Origin: Haliotis rufescens
Taxonomy: Eukaryota
Assembly: GCF_023055435.1 (NCBI RefSeq)
Contig: NW_025964386.1
Span: forward strand, 372,001 to 436,000
Reading direction: 5' to 3'
DNA length: 64,000 nt
Positions 26,580 to 40,294 of the stretch are shown piece after piece. Position numbers and translations under genes: made by a program. Position 1 is the first letter of the stretch; each line of letters opens with the position of its first letter. Below the pieces are notes generated by a model that had not been told where the DNA came from, searched no databases, and worked only from the letters and a program-made list of their open reading frames with translations.

Positions 26580-28309
26580 TCAAACTGTATGTTTATTGTT
26601 TAATTAATATCTACGGCTAAGAATGAATTGACATAAGCTTTCCTTTCATGTGTTGTTCCTCGGATTTAACATTGCTCACAAAGTTAACCTAATGAATTGA
26701 TATTGGAAGGAGACTCGAATTAATTTAAACAAAGAAGCATAAAAGAAGTAAACTCATTGTGTATGCTAATGAAGGCACCCATTTGCGAGGGGGATTAAAA
26801 GTGTGACACGTAGCCACCACGGTTTACCCTCACTTTGCCAGCAGCTTGATGTTTACAGAAGGGATAAGTGGTTACACCTGACTGAGCCTGCAGGTCCAAT
26901 TTATTCCCCGTGTAATTCTATCCGGGGTGTACAACCATGAACTATATCTAGCCTAAGAATGTCAGGTTCAAGTATTAATTGCAGCACATTCAACAGTCAA
27001 TAAATATGTTATATTAACTAAAACACACACCAAAAAAAAAGTTTTACATTCATCTTTTATTTCACACAGATATTTGCAACATTTTACATTCATATTTTAT
27101 TTCACACAGATATTTGCAACATTTTACATTCATATTTTATTTCACACAGCTTCCAAAGTCAAACAATATATGAAACATATCATCCAATTTATAGTCCGAC
27201 AAGATGTGAGACATTGTCTCCATAGATCAGGGGGGTTGTGACACCTGTCACAAGTAGTCTCTTTTGCTGCTCTAACCTTTCCTTTAGCTGGCGGTACACC
27301 TTCTTCTTGGGTCTAACACTTCCACCTGCATTCAGCTGCATCACCGTCAACTCTGCAAATTTCTGTTCGGACTTGATCAGGTTCACAAACAATATAATAT
27401 TTAAAAAACACTGCAAAACAGATATTACTCATTAAGTAAGATTCTCTAAATCTGAGAAAAATGTCACAAATTCAAATAAACCTGCTATGCTATGCTATGC
27501 CTTGAATGCAAGGATTTATGAATGCAAACATATTATTTTAGTAAGAAAATTTAAATTGATTACTTACTGTTAAGTTCCTCTTGAAATATACTAGGCAGTG
27601 GTCTGTAGTCTGTTCGGACAAGGTCCTTCATATTGGCAATGAAAGTATCTACTTTCAGTCTAGCAGGATCTCGAAGATGGTATTTCAATAACGCAATAAA
27701 ATAGTTGAATTAAGTTAAAATGATTTACATTATGTGTCATTAAACTTGTAAGAACACCTGTATGTATTTGGGAAACAAAAACATGAGTTTTGAGCAAAGG
27801 AAAATATTCTCACCCATGGGCCAAAGCTTTTACGCGCCCCTGGGCGAAATATTTCAATATCGCTATAAAATCGTTGAATTAGGTTAAAATGATATGAATT
27901 TTGTGTCATGATACTTGAAAGAAATGCATATATGTATTTGCGAAACAAAAACAAGAGTTTTGAGTAAAGGAACATATTCTCGCCCATGGGCCACTCTTCG
28001 ACCATGGACAGGCCCATGGGCGACATAGTGTAAATGTTGAGTTTTTGAACAAAGTTTTTTTCATTTTTTCTTCCTTAGTATGTTCCCTTGAAAACAGCAT
28101 GTTTAATTTTGTAAATACCTTTGACCGAGACTGGGCAAATACCGTAGAGTTTCTGGACTGTTTGGGTTTCCAGAATTAAAATTGGACGTTTTAAAAGATA
28201 AAATGTACATCAATCCATTAAAACGGGATTAACTGGGTAGTGACATGATATTAAGAGAGTGTGTGACAATGACGCTTTTACATTTGTGTTAGTAATACAG
28301 CTAACTTAT

Positions 28310-29272
28310 TACACAGTGAATCATTATTCATTACATAATTAAACTGGTCAGCTGGATCAAGTTATAGGAAGGAGGGATCTAAACTAGAAATAGAATGAAA
28401 CAAATTAAAACGTAGGTATGAGTAAAGCTCACAAGTTGCAAGAAAGTGTATTTCATCTTCTATTGAGTCTATTTATTAAAGTGGTACAGGTTTTGTGTAT
28501 CATCCTAATTCAATCTCTAAAGGTAAGGTTCCACAACGAAAGTTACTAAAAATACTTCTATCGTATCCATTAAGTGAAGCACTGACATACTTCTCAGTAT
28601 AAAAATCAGTTTTAAATCGTCTATACGTTCATAGCGTATTACCATTTTCTAAATTTCTATCATTCCATAATTCTACAAGCCAGCTATTATAATCAATACA
28701 CATTAACCACTGTTTTGCAGAATCAATTCAGCTGAGGATATGTCAAAACATTTGACAGGGGTAAAGCCCAGTTTTAAAGAAGTGAATATGTAACATTATG
28801 CCAGGATTTTCTAAACTTAAGCGACCTTGTTATTCACAGATCTAACAATGATGGATTGCTGTGCTCTGTGTAAACGGCGCCGGAATCTGAGAACCTCAAC
28901 ATGTTGTTTCACGAGAGGGAACCTCCACCCCATATCCTAACACCTTGGTTGAACAAGATTTGCATAAAGAGTATTAAAAACTTCATAAGGTAGTCCACCA
29001 ACTGATTTAAATTTGCAAATTATTACATCCAAAGCACGACTTGCAGATTTCATTCGCTGTAAAATTAAGATTAAGGTGTTCATGAAACCATAATTCAATA
29101 TATTTATAAGCTTCTGTTTAATCGTCATCGAAATATAATGAATAATCTGATCTTGAACATGAAGCTTGACGGAAATGAACAACTTTAGTTTTATTTCTGA
29201 TTAACTTTTAATTGCAATGCAGAGTACCAAGTGGCCGCACGTTCAAGCATACGCTGTAAAAATTGTTCATTA
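28310..29272 (-). mobile_element. Degenerate LINE 3' fragment, unit C (cut before the RT core)
   Basis: Paralog of 7820-8722. Confidence 0.8.
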
Positions 29273-29746
29273 TCCGGGACTTTCAAAATATTTTTCAAAT
29301 ATACTGCAATTTGTGTGTTCATTTGTCCATATGAACGTAATAAAGCGAAAACATGTAAAAAATATATAATGTTACTGGGCATACAGGTCCTTTATGAATG
29401 AAGGTCAACTCGGAGGCTTCTCATGTCACTGAGGCGATCTGAAAGTCATACCGGAAGCTAATTTTAAAAGGGAGATAACTCTAACTTTCGTGTAATGAGG
29501 GAGCATACGTTGTGGCAAAAATATATCGCACAGATCGGTTAAACAGAATACAAAGTGTAGAAACATTTCCTCTGATAATGTGAACACATGTAACTAGGAT
29601 TCAACACACACATACACATTCGATATATAAGTGAAAATATGAGATGTTAATACATATATCAATTATGCAGACAAGTATTAAGTGATAATAAAGTTCCATA
29701 CACACATTTAGAGTAAAGTTCAAAATATCAGGCACAATATAGTAAT

Positions 29747-29750
<4 letters not shown>

Positions 29751-29814
<64 letters not shown>

Positions 29815-29823
29815 GGAGAGAGA
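29751..29823. repeat. compound (AT)n(AG)n microsatellite
   Basis: Direct reading. Confidence 0.97.
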
Positions 29824-29975
29824 CACACGTAACATATATAGATGCATAAGCACATACATATATATGTAGTCGCACACATAAGGTAATCAGTAATAATTAA
29901 GTGAATATGAAAACAATGAAATAGGTATGTGACGAAAAAATGTGTATTGGTTACAAAAGAGCCTGCCCAATGTGC

Positions 29976-31110
29976 CTAGAGTGGTTGTGGGTGGTGATAA
30001 TACAATATCATGAAACTTACGCTGGGCAAAACGTGCAGCTCGCCTTTCTCCAGATCGTCAAATAAAGTGAATGTGTACACTTTTTCTGGTTCGTTGTCAT
30101 ACACGATATTGTGCCATTTTAAATATCCCGGTACTTGGGAAATGACCATCCCCGGAAACCATTGTAAATTACCCTCCACATCCCATACATGATTCACCCT
30201 CTCTCCAACAAGAATACTCCTTGAGGAACCCTCACCAGTGTTGTTAGAAGTTGCCAGAGATATTAAACATTGTTAGTGAGAGTTGAAAGGTCAATTGTTT
30301 TTTTTTATTGTTAAAAAACTGTAAGAGCAGAAGATTTTCGGGTTTTTGTTTTTGAACTTTATTTCGGAAACGAATTTGACACTTCAGTGCCTCCATACGC
30401 TCCTTCTTTGACCGATATTGATTTAAACGGTTGTCCACTTCATTGTAGGACTGCCACAGTCCATGTATCATAATTGATTCTAGGTTGGCATCATGTTTAC
30501 TTTGCTGTCTTTTAAGTTTTCGAGCAACTTCCTCTTGTTTGTGTTTGAGGGCATCCTGTTTTTGTTGCTGAATAATTAATTTGCGATGTTTAAATTGGGC
30601 GAGGGATGTTTTTGTAAGTTTTGAGGCATGGTTGAGGACATTCTGTTGGGAATCATATGATAGAGTGGCTCTCCACTCATTAACTCCGTTGACATTGAAA
30701 ATGATGTGTGATTCCTGAGTGTAAACGGACGAAGATGGATTGTGGTTTTATGTGATACAACTGACCAAATACAGATTCCGGGAGTTTGGTGTGTTTTAAA
30801 GATGACGTGCAATGTGGATGTGATTGTGAAGTTTTGTTCCAATGAATGCCACCAGGGAGCTGATTTGCCAGAAGGCGCTGCAGAAGTGATGTGATGTCTG
30901 GTATGATATTATCCAAGAAGAGGTGGGTGGTGACGTCATTACCGCATGACGTCGTGAGGGCTTTAAGCACAGAATCCGGTTTATCTGTGGGTTTCTTAAC
31001 ATATGGAAAAACCTCGACATCCCCTCTCATAAAACTTGGGATGTCCAGTGACTTGAGCCAGTTGATAAGTGTGTCATATAAAATATTCATATCTAAGATT
31101 GTCCTCTTAT
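29976..31110 (-). pseudogene. Frameshifted, intronless ORF remnant, probably DNA-transposon derived, with Tudor/Spin-like C-terminal segment
   Basis: Collinear fragments LLANQLPGG..KLPESVFGQL, GLWQSYNEV..ALKCQIRFR, HVWDVEGNLQWFPGMVISQVPG..IVYD..LEKGELHVL. Family assignment uncertain. Confidence 0.45.
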
Positions 31111-31451
31111 GCTAGGGACATTTACAAAACGTTTCAGTTCAGTCCATCAAGCTGTTTCAGAGAGTATGTCGAAATTGTGTATGAATAATCTGTATTAGAG
31201 GGTACATTCATCGAGTTTCTGTATAAATTTCCGATTTGTTCAAGGCTTTAGGATCAGCAAACATTTAAATCATTGTTCCAGATCGCAAACATAGCTTACG
31301 GTAATGGAAATATTCATATGGATATTATTCTGTTGATCCTATCTGTTTTAACTCAAGGTGAAGCAGGTGCAATCGGATCAAAGGCAACTTTGGTTGCAAA
31401 TGAGCTTATTCTGTAGGAGAATTAAGAATGGTGAACGAATTAAATACTTAC

Positions 31452-31914
31452 TGCGGATGTCATGTTGACAGATGTCTCCCATATAGCCTGGTTTGCAAGC
31501 ACAGGTCCCGTTCGCCTGTTTAGTACCCCCGTTCATACATTCAGCCCTACAGCCCTAGAAAATGAAAACGTAAACATTCCACCATTTGTTAGGGAGTGAG
31601 ATCTTTCTTCTTGACATTTGTGTGTTTTTATGCCAAAAATAAGAGGGTCGCATCCTCTCCGATCATGGGGTTCACGTACTTACATGATGGAGGAAGCAAC
31701 CATTATTGCCATAAAGACATGCCAAAGACGTTGGGAGTCCACATCCTTGACAAGTAACTACACCATTCTGTTGGCATCTAGGTGTGGCGGGACAAGGGTT
31801 CCTAGGCGTCCTGTTTCGACCATGGGCATCTGTACATGGGTAGCACAGTATCAGTACAGCACAAAGGGCACTCAGGGTAGGGAACATATCGGGAAGAACG
31901 TATTTGCGAAACAT
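31452..31914 (-). pseudogene. Gene copy D: exons 2-3 only (signal peptide/6-Cys and EGF-like); large exon missing
   Basis: Exons 31914-31684 and 31554-31452 are open. Intron homology to copy E stops at ~31135. A ~60-bp deletion removes the polypyrimidine tract upstream of exon 2. Confidence 0.78.
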
Positions 31915-32796
31915 AATTGGACACCAATTCTTCAACTGGACTTCAACAAGTCATATCCTAATATCATGCGCACACATCTATTAATTGTCATATCTACAGG
32001 TATCTGAGCGAATTTACCTGTACAACGAGCTGACCTTGCTTCTGTTGTGCTCTTTTGCTGTTGTTTAACGCTGCACTCTGCAATATCCCAGCAATGTGAT
32101 TCATTGCTGTCTGTAAAATTACTATGATTTGACCAAACAAAATCCATTGATTGGTATTACAACAAATGATCCACACCTTTAAGAGCGCGCCTGATTGATG
32201 CATTTACTTAGGATAGATGAAATGTATTGATGGGTCTTGAGCTGACAGCTTCGGGGAATACACAGTACTTGCAGCATATTATGATATCAGGTATCCAGTG
32301 TAATATACAGATCTATTACAAATGTCATGAATCATTGTCTTAGAAACAATCATTTAGGGCAAAGAGAGTTGATTATCTCACACGTTTGATTAATGTTATC
32401 AGTAAACACAAATAACCTCATGAGCTCTCCTTTATGATCTTTCAGCTTCAGCTTCATGGCAAGTTTGAAAATGAGGTGAAAGATTTTTAAGGGACTGTAC
32501 AATTGTTGTCAAGAAGAAGTTTTAGGTAACATAGACTCACAACAAGATGCATGGAGGAACGGACGAATAGACAGACTTATTAATGACTTACTTTCTTACA
32601 TTATACGGAACATAAAATGGAATATTAAAGCAAAACCCATACAGTAAAGTAATATGTAACGATATCAAGTGAATAAAACTGAGGGTGGGATAAAACATCA
32701 AAAACACATATTCAAATAGAACTATGATGAGAAAGTTGGTGCTATCTATTTTACGGCCTAAAATTTTAATTGGACTCAAGGTTTCACACAAAACAC

Positions 32797-32971
32797 NNNN
32801 NNNNNNNNNNNNNNNNNNNNNNNNNNNNNNNNNNNNNNNNNNNNNNNNNNNNNNNNNNNNNNNNNNNNNNNNNNNNNNNNNNNNNNNNNNNNNNNNNNNN
32901 NNNNNNNNNNNNNNNNNNNNNNNNNNNNNNNNNNNNNNNNNNNNNNNNNNNNNNNNNNNNNNNNNNNNNNN
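32797..32971. other. assembly gap (175 N)
   Basis: N run. Confidence 1.
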
Positions 32972-33599
32972 TAACAAGCCATGCGCCTGGTGACTGTCAT
33001 TCGGCTACAGACAAAACTCCTTGCAACGTGGTTATGCATTGCTCCTTGATGTAACACACCAACGGTTTGTTCTCTCTGTTGGAGCCTTAATCTTAGCATG
33101 TTATTTGTCACTGTCCAATGCCTTGGGTGTGAATGAACAGTACTCCATCTTTTTATACCTGTATGTTTGCAGACTAGCCTGCTGCAAGTGCAGCAAAAGT
33201 TTCACTTCAAACTGAAGTTTCACAGATCTGGCTACTGTAGCAGAAGCATTACTCAGCAAATTGTATCGGTTGTGTTAGGGCGATTGATTCTCAACCATTT
33301 TGTAACACTATTCGGGGTTTGCATTCAACATCTGAAATGCAGTAAATCGCCTGGATCTGATAATACTTTACTTTTTTTTAAACATTCTGCAGATTCATTG
33401 TTACCATATCTGTACTTAATGTTGAACATTGTAGATATTGTACTAGTCCGGACTGAAGCCGATTTATAGTGCTGAGATACCATGCCGCAGTTTAACACGA
33501 ATACCCCACTCAGACACAGTATACTGACTCCGAGCCGACTAGTCCTTGTTTTAGCCCGTCAATGTCGAGCGCAAGGCAAGTACCATGTTTTGGGTTCCA

Positions 33600-34270
33600 C
33601 AAAGACATTACATCCAAGTGCCTTCTTCGAGTTACTGTACCTGAAAGTGTTACACTAGCACTACAATATATTTTGAAACTTGTGAACTGCACTTGTGGCA
33701 GTGATACACCGTGTAGGACAAATCGATGTGGTTGCAGTCATCCCAGTTACCTTGCACAGTATTCTGCTCCTGTAGCTCCAGTGTCTGCTTCAACCCACTC
33801 ACTAACCGTGTTATTGATGATGAGGAAGAAACCTAAACTGATTGTATGTATGTGAAGAAAACCTTGCGCCAATATTCATTTTTGAAAGTTCAGAATAATC
33901 AATTATGCTTAAAAGAATCCCGTGCTTGTTGACTTTTATAATGTTTCGACAGGCATTTTGCCAGTTATCTTGCTTATTTAAGAATCAAATTATGTTTTAA
34001 ATGATACCAGTTCATTTAGAATACCATATGCTAATTAGTTGAAATCAAAATATTAGTGATTTGCTCCAAAAGTGGTATCATATTCCATACTGTTAGCAAG
34101 GAAGCGATATTTTCATGTTTTGGCGGCCATCTTATCGACCATCTTGAATATTTCAAAATGCCTAAAGATGACAGAGTGTCATCAGTCAGTTTCATAATCT
34201 AGAGTACATCATTAAACAAATCCAGCAATAAAAAATACTTAATCCCCTAATTCTGGGTTGGGGGAAAATA
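33600..34270 (+). mobile_element. Probable Academ-type DNA transposon 3' remnant (Cys-rich C-terminus plus terminal region)
   Basis: LVNCTCGSDTPCRTNRCGC..(frameshift)CTVFCSC..CFNP Cys cluster; repeated (g)gccatctt motifs near 34125-34147. Confidence 0.45.
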
Positions 34271-34279
34271 TTCATTTCT

Positions 34280-34383
34280 CTGCCGGACTATTAACGTCTT
34301 TTGGTATGACGCGGCCGGGAATCGACCCCCGGACTTTCCGCTCTCCGGGGCGGATGCACTACCATTAGACCACGGAGGCGGTC
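34280..34383 (-). mobile_element. tRNA-derived SINE head (body remnant probably at 33445-33580)
   Basis: Minus strand TGGTCTAATGG (A box) and GGTCGATTCCC (B-box-like), followed by GTCATACCAAAAGAC. Confidence 0.7.
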
Positions 34384-34499
34384 CCCACAGTTGGCCTTGG
34401 TCAGTTGGTACCATACTACATGCAATCATGGTTTCTGATACACAAACAAGGCGCATTAGATAACACTGACAATAACAGGGGCACTACATTATCAAGTAT

Positions 34500-34880
34500 A
34501 TTTGCAAATTATTCATGTTTATCATCAACAAAGGACAACTGTTATGGTCAGGCAGAATGCAGATAACATAAGTGAGTTGAATACAGGTGTTATGGAAGGA
34601 TACACAACGGTCGATAATATCTTCATACTGCAATATCTCATTCAACTATATTTAGGTACCACATGTGGGATATGTGACGCTTGTTTGTCGATTTTGCAAA
34701 AACAAATATTTGATGCTGTCCAGATAAAATACGATATGGAATCATTAATTCGAAAAGTTGTTATTTGTAAAATGATTAAGCATCTGATTCACAGATATGC
34801 AAATATAATGGCTTTTGTTCGAAACTAGGGTGAATTATCTAAAACATTTAACATTGACCTCGGTGTTACAGAAAGTTATA
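34500..34880 (+). mobile_element. Highly decayed LINE RT remnant (further piece at ~33320-33430)
   Basis: GYTTVDNIFILQYLIQ and LKCSKSPGSDN..FFKHS motifs. Confidence 0.55.
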
Positions 34881-35055
34881 TATTAGGTGAAAGCGACAAA
34901 ACCCTTTCCATATTCATAAGAAATCCATTGTACAATTTCGACTGTACATCATGATCATGACTATGTTTATGAATCCCTACCAAATAGTGATGATACAAGG
35001 TGTTCGCGTAAAAGTAAGCGTATCCTGCCAAACCGGTGGTATCCGTCACAAACGC

Positions 35056-35607
35056 CATCTTCCCAAGGCAAGAGAGTGAACTGACTCTAAAAGTCCAGTT
35101 TCCACCCTTGCCGAACTAGGCTGGGATTATGGAGTTACATTTTGGCTGGGCTAACGAGTCTATGCATAGTCCAGTCAAAATCGCGCACCGAAATCGAAAT
35201 CCTGTTCGTAAACTGTCATGCAGAGGTCGGTCGATTGCAGTATTTGCAAAGCATGTGCATCGCCAACTCGTTGTCAACAGATATTTTCCAAATCTTTTCA
35301 TGTTTTTAATCAAGATGCTCATGTGATTTGATGAACTTCACGAAATAAGAACCGTTTGATCACAAAATAGATCTTGATGGTCGATCAGATCGTCTTGACT
35401 GGGCGCCACCATTTTGTTTGAAGAAACTGCATGTGATACGAGAGGTGGAATTTGATTGGTCAATATGGGAGAGGCATAGAATGGACATAACTCGTAATAG
35501 CCACTGGTGGCGCTAGGATCGAGCCAGGGAATTCCAGCCTAGTTCGGCAAGGGTGCACGTGGAAACTGGACTTGTAAAGTCAGTTGAACTCTTGCTTCGG
35601 GAAGATG
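35056..35607. mobile_element. MITE with ~70-bp TIRs and 9-bp TSD (Mutator-like signature)
   Basis: TIR CATCTTCCC..CCCTTGCCGAACTAGGCTGG at both ends, inverted. TSD cacaaacgc (35047-55) / cacaaacac (35608-16). Confidence 0.85.
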
Positions 35608-35677
35608 CACAAACACAAGCAAAAGCAAGTCAATTTGTCCACCTAAAACAAACTCGGGAACACATGGTACAAGTCAA

Positions 35678-38600
35678 TCAATCAATCTTTATTCATGGCA
35701 CTTATTCATGAGAACAATGGCCTATAGTACATTGTCTGGGGCGTGTTACAAATTCATAAATTTTCTTAGTTTCATAGCATGATAAATGAACATTGATAAA
35801 TTTCTAATAGTTTCTGTACAAATAACAAGTCATTAATTTACAAAATTTGTTACCGTTTGGGTTGCGGTAGAAATAGTTATTTAGATATTTTGCTCTTAAA
35901 TCTTTATACACTGAACATACACATAAAAAGTGATATTCATCTTCAATACAATCAGTTTTACAAACCCTACAAAGTCTATGTTCTCTTGCAATACCTTCAT
36001 ATCTGCCTTTTTCAATGTATAGATCATGTGAGCCACAACGAAATCGAGAAAGAGCTGTTCTAAACTGATGTAAATTTACACTTAATAGATAAGGTTCTAG
36101 TATAATAGTAGTCTTAAATGTAGCGTAGTAATTTGCTGTTCTAGAACTGAACAAAGAACCATGCCATTTTTGGATGTACATATCTTTTAAGGTCTGTGTC
36201 AAACGGGAGAAGAAATGTTGTGGCATATCAACATGTTGCTGTAACCGAATATAACCATATCCACATTCGTATAACATGTGTTTTAAATTTTGATGCCCAA
36301 TTTTGTTTCCCATGCCTGTTGTAGAGAAGCATCATATTGTCACATTTTCTAGGGTATCTTGAAGATGGCATATTTAATAGCTTGACCAAATATTTAATAA
36401 CCTTTAAATAACTATTGATATGCATGGGAAACCTTCCGCATTCACCATATACCCTTGCGTTTTGTGTGCTAGATTGTACACCCAAGAACTTTTTAAATGC
36501 ATATAAATGTATTTTCTCAATAACATCCACATGTTCTAGGCCCCAAATGTCTGATCCATACAGTAGAATCGGGCTTATTTTTGTATCAAATATTTTAAAG
36601 TAAACATCATATGTAATATTATCCAGAACTCTAAGCTGTTTTAATATGCCTACAAAAAATGAGTGGCTTGCAATGAAATGTTATGTGCATTTCTTAACCA
36701 AGTTAATCTATTTGTAAAACGCACGCCTAAGTATTTATAAAATGGAACAACTCCTACCGGCTTCCCTCTGTAAAGCCATTTTTCTTTTCTGGATATCTTC
36801 CACCATTTTTAAAAACTACAACTTTGGTTTTATCCACATTTACAGTAAGTTTTGACACGTCACGATAACTCTCTAATACATGTATTTGCTTTTGCAAGCC
36901 AGGTATATTGTGCTCGAGAACATGACTATGTCTTCAGCGAAAAGAAGCAGAAATGATTTAATAGTTTCGGGGTGTAGTTGTATTCCATCAGTGCAATTAT
37001 TTTGGATTTGATATGCTAATTCATTTATGAAAAAGGAAAATAAGAAGGGACTTAATATACACCCTTGTCGGACATCAATGCTACTTACAAAATTATCCGA
37101 TATAGCGCCAGTGTTCCGGACACACGCCTTCACATCTTTATACAGAGCACAATAACTTTCCAATTTTGCTACTTAGCCCATGTCTTTGAAAGAGTGATCA
37201 CAAGTTAACCCTTTTCACAGAGTCAAAAGCTTTTGCAAAATCTACGAATACAGCATAAAGCTTCCCTCGTTCCACTGATAGATATCTCTGTATTATAGAA
37301 TAGAGGATATAAGCATCGTCAGTGCTTGTGACTCACACATTTTATCATAAGAATCCGCCCAGAAAACAAGTCTCTTATTAATAATTGAAGTAAATATTTT
37401 ACTAAATGTACTAAGGAGAGTTATGCCTCTATAATTATTAACATCGCTGGTTGCGCCCTGCTTGTGAAGAGGAACAATAATGCCAACTGTCCAATTCTCT
37501 GGAAAATATGATCTCTTTAAAAGGATATTAAAAATAAGTTCCAAATATGGTATTAAAATATCTCAGGAATGTTTAAAGAACTCTGCTATCACATTATCAT
37601 TTCCAGATGCCTTGTTATCTTTAAGGTTGGATATGCTGTCAATAATTTCCTCTTTAGATATTTGACATTCAAGAATATCAGCTGTTACACTGTCAATTTT
37701 ATCTTCGTTGAATTCCATGTCAAATAAATTGTTATCGTAATGGCTAAATGGAACTGAAAACAATTCCTGGAAATGCTCAAACCAGGCTTGAATATCAATG
37801 TCATTTTTGTAATATCTATTAGGTTTAATGGCTTTTAGCGATCACCAAAATGTTTTAGAATTATCTATGCTTGATTCCAACAGTTTCGGTTTTGTTCGAA
37901 ATATTCTGTCTTTTTCTCTCTTACAAACATCGTTGCACTGATTTCTTACTCTATTATAGTCTGTTAGCAATCCTCTGTCCTTATTCTTTCTAAAGTTATT
38001 TAAACGTCTACATCGTTCCTTTTTAAGTAGCTGGCATTCGCTATCAAACCATTGTTGATCATATTTACAGCCCATATTCATTTTCTTCATATCAGATGCA
38101 GCAATAATAACAGCTTCAGTAATATACCCATTACCTTCTTCAACGTTAACAAATGCTACATCTACAGCCTTCTCCAGTAAATTATGCGCAGTCCCAGCAA
38201 TAAGGTTTATTCTTAACTGTTCAGCCTTCTCTTCAGCCCACACAAATTTGAAGGAAGCATTGTTACGTGTATTGCGTGGCGTAGGGTCACTTACTACAAG
38301 CGCACGTAAACTAGTCGTGACAAGAAGGTGTGATGACTCGGCTCGAGACGGTATGTCAAAGCCATGGCTAATATCAAACAACTCGGACGAGGCAATAACA
38401 TAATCCACCACACTCGCACCCTGGTTTCCTATAAAAGTAAAATCTCCCACCCCGGCGCCTGACCCACACCTTCCATTCATAACATGTATATTTAGTATAC
38501 TGCATAAACCTAGTAAGCTCTTACCAAAATTATTCAAAGATAAATCCAAAGAAAATCTTTTTAAGCTGAAATTTTCTAACAGATATCCCCATACACTGTT

Positions 38601-39712
38601 ATCATGTCCCTCGAGATATTCAAGGATATCATCTTCTACAAAATCAGATTCAGTGCTAGTTCTAGCATTCAAGTCTCCCCCAATAATCAAAAAAACATCA
38701 TCACAATGTGCTAGTATATCAAGTAATTCATTTTGTAATATTTGTATGCCATTTTTGCATTGCCTCCAAAGGTTTGTGTAACGTCGAACATTCAGGATGA
38801 ACATAATCACATGAATATAGCAAATCTTTTTAAAATCCAAATACGGTTTTATCTAACAGCACGAAAATGCCACTGTCGTAAACTTGAGACCATTTTCCAT
38901 ATTTAACAAGTTGTTGTCTAACTGAATATGGCAATACCACCAGTTGGAAATCTTTTCAGCTTCTTTGATCCATATCTTGAATCCTAGAAATATCAAATTT
39001 ATGTCTATATCTTTCATCCATGTTTCTTTTCTGCCGAGTAAGTCAAATGAGTTTAAATAATCGGTAAAGTCCTGATCAGTTAATTTAGAATTAAGTCCTG
39101 ATACATTCCAGAAAACAAATGTTCTATTTTCAAATTTACAGTCATCTACATGAGACGTCCTACAATCACGCTCGGTATCGTCGCAACCGCAGCGGGTTGC
39201 TGTCCTGTCCCAGGCCTTAGAGCGAGAACTCAGAAGTCGTGGTCCTGTGTGTGAACCTCCCCGTCTATGTCCTTATGAGGGTGATGTTCTGATGTTCTGG
39301 CTATCCCTTCTTTCCCGTATGTATGCTGTAGTTCTCTCTGGTGTCTCTTGGCTATCTCTCATCTCACTACCCTTCTTCACATCCTCCACAAGTTTCCCTC
39401 CTTTGTAAAAAAACAACCCTTATCTGGACTTTCACGACCTGCCTAGCTCTTGTTGCTGGAAATATGTTAGGTCATTAGCGACACCATATACCACTTCTCT
39501 CAGGGTATCCCTAAATCCAAGTATTTGGATTTTATCATCCCAGTGTGCCATTTTCACTATAAGAGGGCGGGGTTTATTTGTTGTTTTGCTGAATATCCTG
39601 TGTGCACGTTCTATGTCTCTATCAGCAAGTTCCTCACATGTAGGATTCTTATTTCTGGCTCCATTAAAAATGTCTAGTATCTTTTCCTTGCACACTTTAT
39701 AAGATTCTTCTA
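35678..39712 (-). mobile_element. 5'-truncated, decayed LINE (ORF1 remnant, APE endonuclease, RT, CCHC finger; RTEX-like)
   Basis: ORF1 DIERAHRI..PRPLIVK. EN FWNVSGL, GGDLNART, SVVDYVI. RT NYRGITLL, VRQGCILSP. CRVCK..EDEYHFLCVC. AATAAA plus (ATTG)n tail. 10-bp TSD tacaagtcaa at 35668-77 and 39713-22. Clade call tentative. Confidence 0.92.
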
Positions 39713-40294
39713 TACAAGTCAAAATAGGGAATTGCATCGGACATAATTTTTGTCACTGATGCGTCAAATTGGAAATGTCCTCGACGTCTCTACATCGTTC
39801 TTCAATAATGAACTTATACCAAATCGTTATGGCTATGTATAGAATTAACAAACTTTAAATTCTAATAACCATTTCATTAACTCTTTCACGCATGTAAAAG
39901 GATATGTATGTTCAAACCAGGAGTCAATCTTTATCTTCTGTATTTCGATTTCTGTATTATAAAATGTTAAACATTCATTCATGCAGACAAGTATCTTTTT
40001 ATATTAATGTTACAAATTTAGATGTTCCTCGCTTGAGCTTTTAATCGAAATTGGACGACGTACTGATATGCCAAGGAATAATGAAATTTCTTTAGTTTGA
40101 ATAGAATGAATTAGAATGAAATTGATTTCTCTTCATGCACAAACCAGATACAAAGGGGGAGTAACTTGGCGCTTATATGGAGTATATGAGTGACGTCATA
40201 GGTCGGGGAGTTCATTCTCGCCTGCGGTCTAGCCATAAAACAAGCAGCTTTATTCCCGCAAAAGTATAGTCCACGTGCATCTTTTAATTGGACT

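Larger units (their letters stand above)
20771..29272. repeat. tandem segmental duplication, unit C (truncated)
   Basis: Homology to A/B ends abruptly at ...tgttcatta|tccggg (29272), inside the LINE fragment. Confidence 0.92.

Noticed and set aside
32588-33111. ORFs spanning X runs (also 59138-59741)
   Set aside because: Artefacts of N gaps.
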